Below are positions 49,354-58,401 of a stretch of 64,000 bases of DNA, piece by piece. The stretch is from Aestuariivirga sp. (GTDB taxonomy: Bacteria > Pseudomonadota > Alphaproteobacteria > Rhizobiales > Aestuariivirgaceae). The stretch spans positions 6,914-70,913 of the forward strand of contig JAYWFC010000052.1 of NCBI GenBank assembly GCA_043778995.1. Reading direction: 5' to 3'. Within the stretch, counting starts at the first letter, position 1. Each line of letters begins with the position of its first letter. The notes beneath the pieces are model-generated. The model did no database searches and was not told where the DNA came from. It worked only from the letters and a program-made list of their open reading frames with translations. The translations under genes and the position numbers were made by a program.

Positions 49354-50511
49354 CTATCCCGCAAACCCATCCCAAAAGGCTTTGGCCTTGGCGAAGAAGC
49401 CTTCTGATTCGGGGCTGTTATGGTGGGAGTCTTTTTCAAACTCTTTCAACAACTCGCGTTGTTTGCGCGTCAGATTCACGGGTGTTTCTACGCTCACTTG
49501 AATATACATATCACCAGATTGCGAAGACCGCAGAACCGGCATGCCTTTGGATTTCAACCTGAACTGCTTGCCATTTTGGGCACCTTCAGGAATGGAAACC
49601 CGTGCCTTCTTGCCATCAATGGTGGGAACTTCAATCTCGCCACCCAATGAAGCAACGGCCATGGAAATGGGCACCTTGCAGAAAAGATCTGCCCCATCGC
49701 GTTGAAAAAATTCATGCGCGCGCAGAGATATGAAAATATAAAGATCCCCCGTCGGCCCGCCACGTTGGCCAGCCTCACCCTCACCCGCCAAGCGAATGCG
49801 TGTGCCATCTTCAACACCCGCTGGAATATTGACAGAAAGATTGCGTTCCTTTTGGGTGCGGCCCTGGCCATGGCACGTGGTGCATGGGTCCGCAATAACT
49901 TGTCCGCGGCCTTGGCAGGTGGGGCAGGCGCGTTCAACCGTGAAGAAACCCGATTGCGAACGCACAGCCCCAGCACCGCCACAGGTGCGACAGGTCGTTG
50001 GCTGGGTTCCGGGCTTTGCGCCAGAGCCTTTGCAAGTCTCGCAAGACACAGAAGTGGGAACACGGATTTGTGCTGTTTTGCCACTAAAGGCTTCGGTGAG
50101 TGTCACTTCCAAATTATAGCGCAAATCGCTGCCGCGTTGTGCGCCGTTGCCTGCACGTTTGGCCCGGCCGCCGCGCTGGCCACCCATCATATCGCCAAAC
50201 AAATCTTCAAAAATGTCAGACATGGAAGAATTAAATTCAGGCCCAAAGCCAGCACCTCCAGCACCCGGGCGCTGGCCGCCACCATTTTCAAAGGCCTGAT
50301 GACCAAAGCGGTCATAAGCAGCTTTTTTCTGGGGATCTTTCAACACGTCATAAGCTTCGTTCAATTCTTTGAACTTGGCATCAGTGTCTTTGCTGCCGTG
50401 ATTGGCATCGGGGTGAAGTTTTTTGGCAAGGTTGCGATAAGCGGTTTTCAACGTCTTTTCGTCGGCACCTTTGGCAACCCCTAAAACTTCATAAAAATCG
50501 CGTTTGGCCAT
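49354..50511 (-). CDS. dnaJ: Molecular chaperone DnaJ
   Basis: J-domain with HPD (KLHPDAN), a Gly-rich linker, and four CxxCxGxG zinc-finger repeats. Confidence 0.97.
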   Translation of the reverse strand: MAKRDFYEVLGVAKGADEKTLKTAYRNLAKKLHPDANHGSKDTDAKFKELNEAYDVLKDPQKKAAYDRFGHQAFENGGGQRPGAGGAGFGPEFNSSMSDIFEDLFGDMMGGQRGGRAKRAGNGAQRGSDLRYNLEVTLTEAFSGKTAQIRVPTSVSCETCKGSGAKPGTQPTTCRTCGGAGAVRSQSGFFTVERACPTCQGRGQVIADPCTTCHGQGRTQKERNLSVNIPAGVEDGTRIRLAGEGEAGQRGGPTGDLYIFISLRAHEFFQRDGADLFCKVPISMAVASLGGEIEVPTIDGKKARVSIPEGAQNGKQFRLKSKGMPVLRSSQSGDMYIQVSVETPVNLTRKQRELLKEFEKDSHHNSPESEGFFAKAKAFWDGFAG

Positions 50512-50544
50512 GTGTTTTCAATTCAACGTGTAAAAGATAATCAA

Positions 50545-50577
50545 GCCGTCGCCCTTGCTTTTGGCAAGAGCAACGGC
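50545..50577 (-). promoter_or_regulatory. dnaK-dnaJ intercistronic stem-loop (possible attenuator or processing site)
   Basis: The minus-strand RNA GCCGUUGCUCUUGC-CAAAA-GCAAGGGCGACGGC forms a 14-bp stem including 2 G.U pairs, followed by a U-rich UUGAUUAUCUUUU. Confidence 0.5.
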
Positions 50578-50606
50578 GCTTGAATGATGCGCAGAAGCAA
50601 TCAAAC

Positions 50607-52547
50607 TTACGACTTCTTGTTCTTTTCGTCGATCTCGGTGAACTCGGCGTCAAGAACATCGTCAAATTCATCGCGTGGTGGTTCTTTGTCGTCTTCATGG
50701 TCGCCGTCTGGTGCGCCTGAATGTGGTTCAGCCCCACCAGCACCGCCACCCTTATACAAAACCTCACCCAGTTTCATGGCAAGCTGCATCAAAGCCGTAT
50801 GCTTGGCCTGAATGTCATCAGCATCACCCGTTTCGAGCGAAGCCTTCAAATCAGCTATGGAAGCTTCAAGCGCAGATTTATCAGAGGCAGGCACTTTGTC
50901 GCCCGCATCTTTCAATGTGCGATTGGTAGAGTGGATCAAACTTTCAGCTTGGTTCTTGGCTTCAACTAAACCAACACGCTTTTTATCTTCAGCGGAATTG
51001 GCTTCAGCATCTTTCACCATTTTCTCAATTTCAGCATCAGTCAAACCACCAGAGGCTTGAATGCGAATCTGCTGTTCCTTGTTGGTGGCTTTGTCCTTGG
51101 CCGAAACATTCACAATGCCGTTGGCATCAATATCAAATGTCACTTCAATTTGTGGAATGCCGCGCGGTGCAGATGGAATGCCCATCAGGTCGAACTGACC
51201 CAATGACTTATTATCTGCCGCCATTTCACGCTCGCCTTGGAACACACGAATGGTCACAGCCGTCTGGTTGTCATCAGCAGTTGAGAACACCTGAGATTTC
51301 TTGGTTGGAATTGTTGTGTTGCGGTCAATCAGACGCGTGAATACGCCGCCCAATGTTTCAATGCCAAGCGACAATGGGGTCACGTCCAACAACAGAACGT
51401 CTTTCACTTCGCCCTTCAACACGCCGCCCTGAATGGCAGCGCCAATGGCCACAACTTCATCAGGGTTCACACCCTTGTGGGGTTCTTTGCCGAAGAACTG
51501 CTTTACGATTTCGATAACCTTTGGCATGCGGGTCATGCCGCCCACCAAAACAACTTCATCAATTTGTGCAGCAGTAACACCAGCATCTTTCAACGCTTGG
51601 CGGCATGGCTCAACAGTTTTTTGGATGAGATCATCAACCAGTGCTTCAAGCTTTGAACGCGAAAGTTTCACAGCCAAATGTTTTGGGCCAGAAGCATCAG
51701 CGGTGATGAAGGGCAAGTTGATCTCTGTCTGCATGGCAGATGAAAGTTCAACCTTGGCCTTTTCAGCGGCTTCACGCAAACGTTGCAGAGCCAGCTTGTC
51801 TTTGCGCAAATCCATGCTGTTTTCTTTTTTGAATTCGTCAGCAAGATAATCAACAATGCGCATGTCGAAGTCTTCGCCGCCCAAGAACGTATCGCCATTG
51901 GTGGATTTTACTTCAAAAACACCATCGCCAATTTCAAGAACCGAAACGTCGAAGGTGCCGCCGCCCAAGTCATAAACCGCAATCGTGCCAGCTTCGCGCT
52001 TATCAAGACCGTAAGCCAAGGCAGCAGCGGTGGGCTCGTTGATGATGCGCAAAACTTCCAAACCAGCAATGCGGCCAGCATCTTTGGTGGCTTGGCGTTG
52101 GCTGTCGTTAAAGTATGCAGGAACGGTGATCACAGCTTGTGTCACAGGCTCGCCCAAATAACGTTCAGCAGTTTCCTTCATCTTGGTCAGGGTGAAAGCT
52201 GAAATCTGTGAAGGGGCATATTTCGTGCCGCGGCTGTCAACCCACGCGTCGCCGTTATCGGCTTTCACAATGTTATAGGGCACCAGTTTTTTATCTTTAG
52301 CGACCATCGGGTCTTCCATGCGGCGGCCAATCAGGCGTTTGATCGCAAAGAACGTGTTTTCAGGATTGGTCACGCCCTGGCGTTTGGCAGGTTGGCCCAC
52401 CAATGTTTCGCCCTCGGCGTTAAATGCAACGATTGATGGCGTGGTGCGCGCACCTTCAGCGTTTTCAATAACTTTTGGCGTTTTGCCTTCCATAACAGCC
52501 ACACAAGAGTTGGTGGTGCCAAGATCAATACCAATAACTTTACCCAT
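50607..52547 (-). CDS. dnaK: Molecular chaperone DnaK (Hsp70)
   Basis: [19 protein letters not shown]-terminus from ATG 52547, with RBS AGGAGAAG upstream. Full-length Hsp70. Confidence 0.98.
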   Translation of the reverse strand: MGKVIGIDLGTTNSCVAVMEGKTPKVIENAEGARTTPSIVAFNAEGETLVGQPAKRQGVTNPENTFFAIKRLIGRRMEDPMVAKDKKLVPYNIVKADNGDAWVDSRGTKYAPSQISAFTLTKMKETAERYLGEPVTQAVITVPAYFNDSQRQATKDAGRIAGLEVLRIINEPTAAALAYGLDKREAGTIAVYDLGGGTFDVSVLEIGDGVFEVKSTNGDTFLGGEDFDMRIVDYLADEFKKENSMDLRKDKLALQRLREAAEKAKVELSSAMQTEINLPFITADASGPKHLAVKLSRSKLEALVDDLIQKTVEPCRQALKDAGVTAAQIDEVVLVGGMTRMPKVIEIVKQFFGKEPHKGVNPDEVVAIGAAIQGGVLKGEVKDVLLLDVTPLSLGIETLGGVFTRLIDRNTTIPTKKSQVFSTADDNQTAVTIRVFQGEREMAADNKSLGQFDLMGIPSAPRGIPQIEVTFDIDANGIVNVSAKDKATNKEQQIRIQASGGLTDAEIEKMVKDAEANSAEDKKRVGLVEAKNQAESLIHSTNRTLKDAGDKVPASDKSALEASIADLKASLETGDADDIQAKHTALMQLAMKLGEVLYKGGGAGGAEPHSGAPDGDHEDDKEPPRDEFDDVLDAEFTEIDEKNKKS

Positions 52548-52662
52548 CTTATCTTCTCCTCTAGCGGGCTTCTCTTCGGGCCCCCGATTAGGCACCCGAG
52601 GCAACGCCCCCGTGAATTAAATCCAATGCCGCATCAGCAATCTGATTTGGCGTTCCGGCGGT

Positions 52663-52691
52663 ATATAGGGGCGAGACTTCGCCCTATCAAG
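52663..52691 (-). promoter_or_regulatory. Putative sigma-32 (RpoH) heat-shock promoter of dnaKJ
   Basis: The minus strand reads CTTGAT-N15-CCCTATAT, matching the alphaproteobacterial CTTG-N17/18-CYTATNT pattern, about 115 nt upstream of the dnaK ATG. Confidence 0.55.
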
Positions 52692-52712
52692 GTTTTGTAA
52701 GAGAAGAATGTG

Positions 52713-53315
52713 ATGAATAATGGAATGAAACATTATCCCGGCATGCTGGAAAGGCCAGCCCAAGAGGCCTTGGTGGCCCATTTGCGGGAATGTGTGCAAA
52801 AAGCCCCGCTGTTTGTGCCTTTGATGCCACGAACCGGCACACCCTTTTCCGTGCGCATGACCAATTTGGGCAGCCTGGGCTGGGTTTCAGACAGGGCCGG
52901 CTATCGCTATCAGACGCTGCACCCCGATTTGGGCACCCCTTGGCCAGAAATTCCGCCTGCAATTTTAGATATATGGCGGGCCGTTTCAGGCTTTCAAGCT
53001 GACCCTGAAGCCTGTCTCATCAACTTTTATCAAGGCAATGCCAAAATGGGCCTACACCAAGACAAAGATGAGGAAGAGTTTGCAGCCCCCGTTGTTTCAA
53101 TCTCGCTGGGAGACACAGCCGTCTTTAGATTTGGCGGCACAACCCGAGGCGGCAAAACCCAATCGCTCAAACTATCATCAGGCGATGTGTTGGTGATGGG
53201 CGGAGAAAGCCGCCTGTGCTTTCACGGCATAGACCGCGTGATGACGGGAACTTCGACGTTGCTGAAAGAAGGTGGGCGAATAAATTTGACGTTGAGGCGG
53301 GTGGCAAAGGCTTGA
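52713..53315 (+). CDS. alkB: Alpha-ketoglutarate/Fe(II)-dependent DNA dioxygenase AlkB
   Basis: HQDKDE (HxD), and later H and RINLTLRRV (RxxxxxR) motifs. ATG 52713 lies after GAGAAG. Confidence 0.85.
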   Translation: MNNGMKHYPGMLERPAQEALVAHLRECVQKAPLFVPLMPRTGTPFSVRMTNLGSLGWVSDRAGYRYQTLHPDLGTPWPEIPPAILDIWRAVSGFQADPEACLINFYQGNAKMGLHQDKDEEEFAAPVVSISLGDTAVFRFGGTTRGGKTQSLKLSSGDVLVMGGESRLCFHGIDRVMTGTSTLLKEGGRINLTLRRVAKA

Positions 53316-53362
53316 AGCTTTATGAGTTCAACCCCAGTTTAAGACTGTAAAGGGAGAAAATC

Positions 53363-54001
53363 ATGAAAATTGGAATTATTGGATCAGGCTCAGTTGCAAC
53401 AACCTTGGCGGCAGGATTTATCAAACACGGCCATGAAGTAACGCTTGGCACGCGTGACCCTGCGAAATTGGCAGAATTTACGAAGGTCAATACAAAAGTG
53501 AAGGTGGCATCATTTGCCAATGCTGCCAAGTTTGGCGAAGTGGTTTTGCTCGCCGTGAAAGGCACCGTGGCTGAGGCGGCGTTAAATCTTGCCGGAACCG
53601 AAAATCTAAACGGCAAAACCGTGATTGACGCAACAAACCCAATCGCCGACGCACCGCCAGAAAATGGCGTTTTGAAATATTTTACTGACCTTAACCAATC
53701 GTTGATGGAAAAACTTCAAGCCAAATTTCCCTCTGCCCATTTTGTAAAAGCATTCAATTCGGTGGGTGCGGCCGCAATGGTCAACCCAAGTTTTAAGGGC
53801 GGCAAACCCAGCATGTTTATTGCTGGCAATGATGCATCGGCAAAAGAAACCGTTTCTCAACTGCTGGACCAATTGGGTTGGGAAGTGGAAGACATGGGCC
53901 CGGCAGCTGCAGCCCGCGCGATTGAGCCTTTGTGCATCCTGTGGTGCATTCCTGGCTTTGCCAAGAATGATTGGTTTCACGCCTTCAAAATGTTGCGCTA
54001 A
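53363..54001 (+). CDS. NADPH-dependent F420 reductase-like / NAD(P)-binding oxidoreductase
   Basis: Rossmann motif MKIGIIGSGSVATTLA. About 212 aa, NpdG/ProC-N-like. Confidence 0.7.
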   Translation: MKIGIIGSGSVATTLAAGFIKHGHEVTLGTRDPAKLAEFTKVNTKVKVASFANAAKFGEVVLLAVKGTVAEAALNLAGTENLNGKTVIDATNPIADAPPENGVLKYFTDLNQSLMEKLQAKFPSAHFVKAFNSVGAAAMVNPSFKGGKPSMFIAGNDASAKETVSQLLDQLGWEVEDMGPAAAARAIEPLCILWCIPGFAKNDWFHAFKMLR

Positions 54002-54043
54002 AATGCCATGAGGGCTAGGAGAGATATAACGCCGGAGTTTATT

Positions 54044-54472
54044 ATGTCTCTCACCCTCACCACCGCACAAATCATCATCGAAAAAACCTTGGACCATGGC
54101 CGCAATGCGAACTTCAAGCCTTTGGGTGTTGTGGTGATGGATGCGCGCGGGGTTGTGATTGCAGCGGCCATTTCCGATGGATCATCATTGGCGCGATTTG
54201 ATATTGCCGCCGCCAAGGCCCGCGCCTGTGTGATGTTTAATACGGGAACCAGAGGCGTTGAAAAATTTGCTAAAGACCGGCCCCATTTTTTCCAAGGCGC
54301 TGTAAGCGCCATTGCTGGTGGCATTGTGCCTGTCCCCGGTGGCGTGTTGATCAAATCAACGGAGGGCCAAGTTATAGGATCAATGGGCGTTTCGGGTGAT
54401 ACGTCTGATAATGATGAAATCGCTGCCCTTGCCGGCATCAAAGCAGCAGGCCTTGTGGGCGATTGCGGTTAA
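54044..54472 (+). CDS. GlcG/HbpS-like (DUF336) heme-binding protein
   Basis: About 140 aa with GGVLIKSTEGQVIGSMGVSG, typical of the family. GGAG lies 6 nt upstream of ATG 54044. Confidence 0.75.
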   Translation: MSLTLTTAQIIIEKTLDHGRNANFKPLGVVVMDARGVVIAAAISDGSSLARFDIAAAKARACVMFNTGTRGVEKFAKDRPHFFQGAVSAIAGGIVPVPGGVLIKSTEGQVIGSMGVSGDTSDNDEIAALAGIKAAGLVGDCG

Positions 54473-55083
54473 ATTAGTAAATCTGCCACAACACTTTTTT
54501 CCTGCACTTCGCGAATGTTCAGCATGTCGTTTGAAGCAATCCAATTCTTGGCATAGGTCTCATCATGGCCATGGGCCACAATTCTGCTCATCAAGCGGCG
54601 TTCAAGTTCAGCTTCGGCCACATTGATGAACAGGGTAAAGTCAAACAGCGATTTTAACCTGTCCCACGGGGCTGATTGCAGAAACAAATAATTACCTTCA
54701 ACCAAAATGAACTTGGCTTCATCGGTTACAATATCGGCGGCAGCGCGTGAAAGTTCCATCGTGCGATCAAAAACCGGAATGGCAATATCAGGTTCACGCG
54801 CCTTGATGCGCTTGAGCAAAACTTCAAATCCATAAACATCAAACGTAAAAGGTGCGCCCTTGCGGGGGCGATGGCCACGTTTGTTCAACACCGCATCATC
54901 AAAATGAAAGCCATCCATGGGAACCACAATGGCTGTCTCACCTTTTGCAATGAGCGCATCACGCAAAGCGGCAGAAACAGTGGATTTGCCTGCACCGGGC
55001 GGCCCGGCAATGCCAACCATAAAGCGCAAAGCCTTCCCTGATTTTTCACAGAGAAGGCTTGCAACATCATTCACATCAAACAT
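54469..55083 (-). CDS. P-loop nucleoside/nucleotide kinase family protein (FrcK-like)
   Basis: P-loop GIAGPPGAGKST. It is the last gene of the sugar ABC operon, as with frcK in the S. meliloti frcBCAK. Confidence 0.65.
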   Translation of the reverse strand: MFDVNDVASLLCEKSGKALRFMVGIAGPPGAGKSTVSAALRDALIAKGETAIVVPMDGFHFDDAVLNKRGHRPRKGAPFTFDVYGFEVLLKRIKAREPDIAIPVFDRTMELSRAAADIVTDEAKFILVEGNYLFLQSAPWDRLKSLFDFTLFINVAEAELERRLMSRIVAHGHDETYAKNWIASNDMLNIREVQEKSVVADLLI

Positions 55084-55865
55084 TAGGTTCCCAACAATTC
55101 CTTTGGTGGTTCATTAGCGCCCGTCATCATTGCCACAGCATCAGACATTGAAAAGTCTTTGGCATTAATGGTGCAAAGCCTGCGACCCAAACGGTGGATG
55201 TGGATGCGGTCACACACTTCAAACACGTGTGGCATGTTATGCGAAATCAAAATAATCGGCATGCCACGTTTTTTAACATCGCGGATTAATTCAAGCACGC
55301 GGCGCGATTCTTTCACACCCAGTGCTGCGGTGGGTTCATCCATGATCACCACTTTTGAGCCAAACGCCGCCGCCCGCGCCACAGCAACACCTTGGCGTTG
55401 TCCGCCTGAGAGTGTTTCAACAGGCTGGTTGATATTTTGAATGGTCATCAAACCCAATTCAGACAATTTTTCACGCGCAAATTTTTGCATCGCGGTTCTG
55501 TCCATCATCCGGAAGATGCTGCCAAGAACGCCGGGCTTTCGAATTTCCCGACCCAAAAACATATTATCGGCAATGGAAAGTGCCGGAGACAAAGCAAGGT
55601 TTTGATACACTGTTTCAATGCCCGCATCACGGCCATCTTGTGGGGAGCGAAATTGAACGGTTTTGCCATCCAATTGAATTTCACCATGATCAGGCGTCAC
55701 AGCGCCAGACAAGGCTTTGATCAAACTGGATTTGCCCGCACCGTTATCACCGATCACACCCAGAATTTCATCGGGGTAAAGATCAAAGTCAGCACCATTC
55801 AAGGCAACAACTGTGCCATAACGTTTGGAAAGCCCGCGAGCCTGTAAAATAGGAGTCCGTGTCAT
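55083..55865 (-). CDS. Sugar ABC transporter ATP-binding protein (FrcA-like)
   Basis: Walker A GDNGAGKSS, signature LSGGQRQ, Walker B VVIMDEPT. ATGA overlap with the permease stop. Confidence 0.9.
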   Translation of the reverse strand: MTRTPILQARGLSKRYGTVVALNGADFDLYPDEILGVIGDNGAGKSSLIKALSGAVTPDHGEIQLDGKTVQFRSPQDGRDAGIETVYQNLALSPALSIADNMFLGREIRKPGVLGSIFRMMDRTAMQKFAREKLSELGLMTIQNINQPVETLSGGQRQGVAVARAAAFGSKVVIMDEPTAALGVKESRRVLELIRDVKKRGMPIILISHNMPHVFEVCDRIHIHRLGRRLCTINAKDFSMSDAVAMMTGANEPPKELLGT

Positions 55866-57034
55866 TGTGAAGCCCTCCGCAACCATTGGTCAATGGCAAC
55901 TGCGACGATAACCAAGCAGCCCGATGCAAACAGCTGCCAATAAGAATCCACACCCGCCAACGAAAGGCCCGTGTTAAACACGCCCACGATGAGCGCACCT
56001 AAAACTGAACCGACGATTGAGGCGCGGCCACCAAACAAGGATGTGCCTCCAATCACCACAGCGGTGATGGAATCAAGGTTCACGGTTTCAAAGGCGATGG
56101 GCGAAATTGAACCCACGCGGCCAATGGCAACCCAAGCACCAATGCCACAAATTAAGCCGGCAACCGCGTAAACGGAGATGAGCGTGCGATCGAGTTGAAT
56201 GCCTGAAAGTTTTGCTGCTTCTGGGTCATCGCCAATGGCATGAACATGGCGACCCCAAGCCGTGCGGTTGAGCATATACCAAGCACCCAGCGCCAATAAA
56301 ATCAATGCAAAGCTGCCATAAATAAAGATGGCCCCGCCAACATTGATCATCGAACCAAACCACAAAAGCCCCGGCGTTTTTTCTTCAAGATCTGCCGCAC
56401 GGATCGATTCAGATCCGGTGTACCAAAGCTTGAGAGAGTTGAAAATATAAAGCGTTCCCAAGGTTACGATGAAAGGCGGAATGCGCGCTTTGGTAACCAG
56501 AAAGCCATTGAACGCGCCCATCAACGTGCCCACAGCAACGCCTAATGGAATGGCCATAAAAACTGGAACGCCATATAGAACTGCAACACGGCCCATCACC
56601 ATGGCCGAAATCACCAGAATGGCACCCACAGAAAGATCAATACCCGCAGTCAGAATAACAATCGTTTGGGCAATGGCCACAATGCCCGTTACCGTCACTT
56701 GTTTAAGCACCAATGATAATGTGCCGGGCGTGAAGAAGTTATGGGCAATGATACCAAAGCCGATAACGGAAACTAAAAGAATGATCGCTGGAATAGCGGT
56801 TGGATAATTACGCAAAAATCCGCGCACCTGAGACAAAAGACTTTTGTCATCTTCGGCGAACGAAGCAACCGCCGTATCGGCTTGGCTGAGCTTTGCTTCA
56901 AAATCTGAGATTGTTTTTGTGGGCGCTGAGGCCTCGCTTGCGACTGATGCAGTTGCAATAGGCTGTGCGAGCGAAGATCGCGTCGATTTGGTTTTCGCCG
57001 CGCTTTTTTTCGCAGCTTTTGGCTTTGTTGCCAT
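55862..57034 (-). CDS. Sugar ABC transporter permease (FrcC/RbsC-like) with a Lys/Ala-rich N-terminal extension
   Basis: Multi-TM RbsC-type core, with an N-terminal hydrophilic tail of about 70 aa if the ATG at 57034 is used. Confidence 0.85.
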   Translation of the reverse strand: MATKPKAAKKSAAKTKSTRSSLAQPIATASVASEASAPTKTISDFEAKLSQADTAVASFAEDDKSLLSQVRGFLRNYPTAIPAIILLVSVIGFGIIAHNFFTPGTLSLVLKQVTVTGIVAIAQTIVILTAGIDLSVGAILVISAMVMGRVAVLYGVPVFMAIPLGVAVGTLMGAFNGFLVTKARIPPFIVTLGTLYIFNSLKLWYTGSESIRAADLEEKTPGLLWFGSMINVGGAIFIYGSFALILLALGAWYMLNRTAWGRHVHAIGDDPEAAKLSGIQLDRTLISVYAVAGLICGIGAWVAIGRVGSISPIAFETVNLDSITAVVIGGTSLFGGRASIVGSVLGALIVGVFNTGLSLAGVDSYWQLFASGCLVIVAVAIDQWLRRASQ

Positions 57035-57098
57035 GATGCCCTCTTAAAACGTTCCCAAGTCTTGTTACACGTGCCGCTTGATCGGGCACTTTATAAAC

Positions 57099-57124
57099 GA
57101 AAGGCGACGTTACCGCCGCCTTTC
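57099..57124 (-). promoter_or_regulatory. Intercistronic stem-loop between the SBP and permease genes
   Basis: GAAAGGCGaCG-TTAC-CGcCGCCTTTC (11-bp stem, 1 mismatch), 27 nt after the SBP stop. The following U-tract is weak. Confidence 0.45.
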
Positions 57125-57150
57125 GCAATATTCAAGTCGTCAGGCTGATA

Positions 57151-58164
57151 TTAGCCCCAGCACTTTGCAGTGCCTTCCTTGGAGTCAATTGATTTAACGC
57201 CTTCAGCAGGGTGATCAGTGATCAAATTAACGCCTGTGTTGAAGAAGGTCAGACCATCAGTTGCTTTTGGCTTTGAACCATCTTTGGCAAAAGCAGCAAT
57301 TGCTTCGATGCCTTTCGATGCCATCAACAATGGATATTGTTGCGATGTTGCACCGATAACACCGGCAGCAACGTTCTTAACGCCTGGGCAGCCACCGTCT
57401 ACTGAAACGATGAGAACGCCTTTTTCTTTGCCAGCAGCTTTCAAAGCAGCAAATGCGCCTTCAGCAGCTGGTTCGTTGATGGTGTAAACAACGTTGATCG
57501 CTGGATCTTTTGCAAGCAATGTTTCCAATGATTTTTGGCCGCCTTCTGGGTTTGCACCTGAAGATTCATGACCAATTACACGTGGGTCTTTTTCTGAACC
57601 CATCACTTTCAAATCTGGAACATCAATGCCGAAGCCCTTGAGGAATCCAGTGTCACGAGCAACGTCAACTGAAATGTTGTCTTTGTTGATGTCGAGCATG
57701 GCAATCTTGGCATCTTTTGCTTTGTCGCCAAGTTGGGCTTTGGCCCATGCGCCGATCAAAGTGCCAGCTTCAAAGTTGTCTGTTGCGAATGTCATGTCTT
57801 GAGCATCTTTGTCTGGCAGTGGTGTGTCCAGAGCGATAACCAAAATGCCAGCAGCGCGGGCTTTCTTCAGATCAGGAACAACTGAATCGTTTGAAGCAGT
57901 GATCAAAATGCCCTTTGCACCAGCAGCCATGCAGTTTTCAATGGCCGTGATTTGTGGAGCAGCGTCACCGTCTTTTTCGCCAGCAAAAGCTTGCAGGTCA
58001 ATGCCAGCAGCCTTGGCAGCAGCAGTAGCACCTTCCTTCATTTTTACGAAGAAGGGGTTGGTGTTGTTCTTGGTGATCAAGCACGCTGGTGTGCCAGCAA
58101 ATGCTGTTGTTGCAAATGCAGAAAGTGCCACGCCTACGAGGGCGGCTTTAAGAATAGACTTCAT
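57151..58164 (-). CDS. Sugar ABC transporter periplasmic substrate-binding protein (FrcB-like)
   Basis: Signal peptide [23 protein letters not shown], type I PBP fold. RBS GGAGGA lies upstream of ATG 58164. Confidence 0.87.
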   Translation of the reverse strand: MKSILKAALVGVALSAFATTAFAGTPACLITKNNTNPFFVKMKEGATAAAKAAGIDLQAFAGEKDGDAAPQITAIENCMAAGAKGILITASNDSVVPDLKKARAAGILVIALDTPLPDKDAQDMTFATDNFEAGTLIGAWAKAQLGDKAKDAKIAMLDINKDNISVDVARDTGFLKGFGIDVPDLKVMGSEKDPRVIGHESSGANPEGGQKSLETLLAKDPAINVVYTINEPAAEGAFAALKAAGKEKGVLIVSVDGGCPGVKNVAAGVIGATSQQYPLLMASKGIEAIAAFAKDGSKPKATDGLTFFNTGVNLITDHPAEGVKSIDSKEGTAKCWG

Positions 58165-58290
58165 TAGAATTCCTCCCATGGAACGGCCCATGCAGGGCCA
58201 AAAGTAACAACTGATTGTTCGTTGATTGAAGGCAGACTTGAAGGGCTTGCTCTTCTTTCATTTGCAATCCTGCCCTAAAAATTGCGGCTC

Positions 58291-58327
58291 TGTCAATAAG
58301 TAAATCCAAATGATTTATTATTTGACA
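58291..58327. promoter_or_regulatory. Candidate operator: imperfect inverted repeat TGTCAATAAGTAAATC-N5-GATTTATTATTTGACA
   Basis: 13 of 16 arm positions are complementary, with TGTCAA/TTGACA ends. Located in the divergent ROK-regulator / SBP promoter region. Confidence 0.4.
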
Positions 58328-58401
58328 GGCAAACTGCTATAGGAGAAGGTTCATGCTGGGGATTTGACTTGCCAAAAAAATAGGCAAGACGGGAAATAGA
58401 A

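Noticed and set aside
49702-50484. 260-aa ORF on the plus strand, plus the 176-aa minus-strand ORF at 49554-50084
   Set aside because: The 260-aa ORF is antisense to dnaJ, and the 176-aa ORF is on the same strand but out of frame. Both have Ala/Arg/Gly-rich low-complexity translations typical of off-frame reading of a GC-rich Gly/Cys-repeat gene.
53606-54097. 163-aa ORF on the minus strand
   Set aside because: It is antisense to the Rossmann-fold reductase and the start of glcG. It is a shadow ORF.
57063-57073. Third parS-like sequence TGTTACACGTG
   Set aside because: Only the left half resembles parS, and the right half (CCGCT) has 4 mismatches. It is most likely a chance CACGTG core in the frc intergenic spacer.
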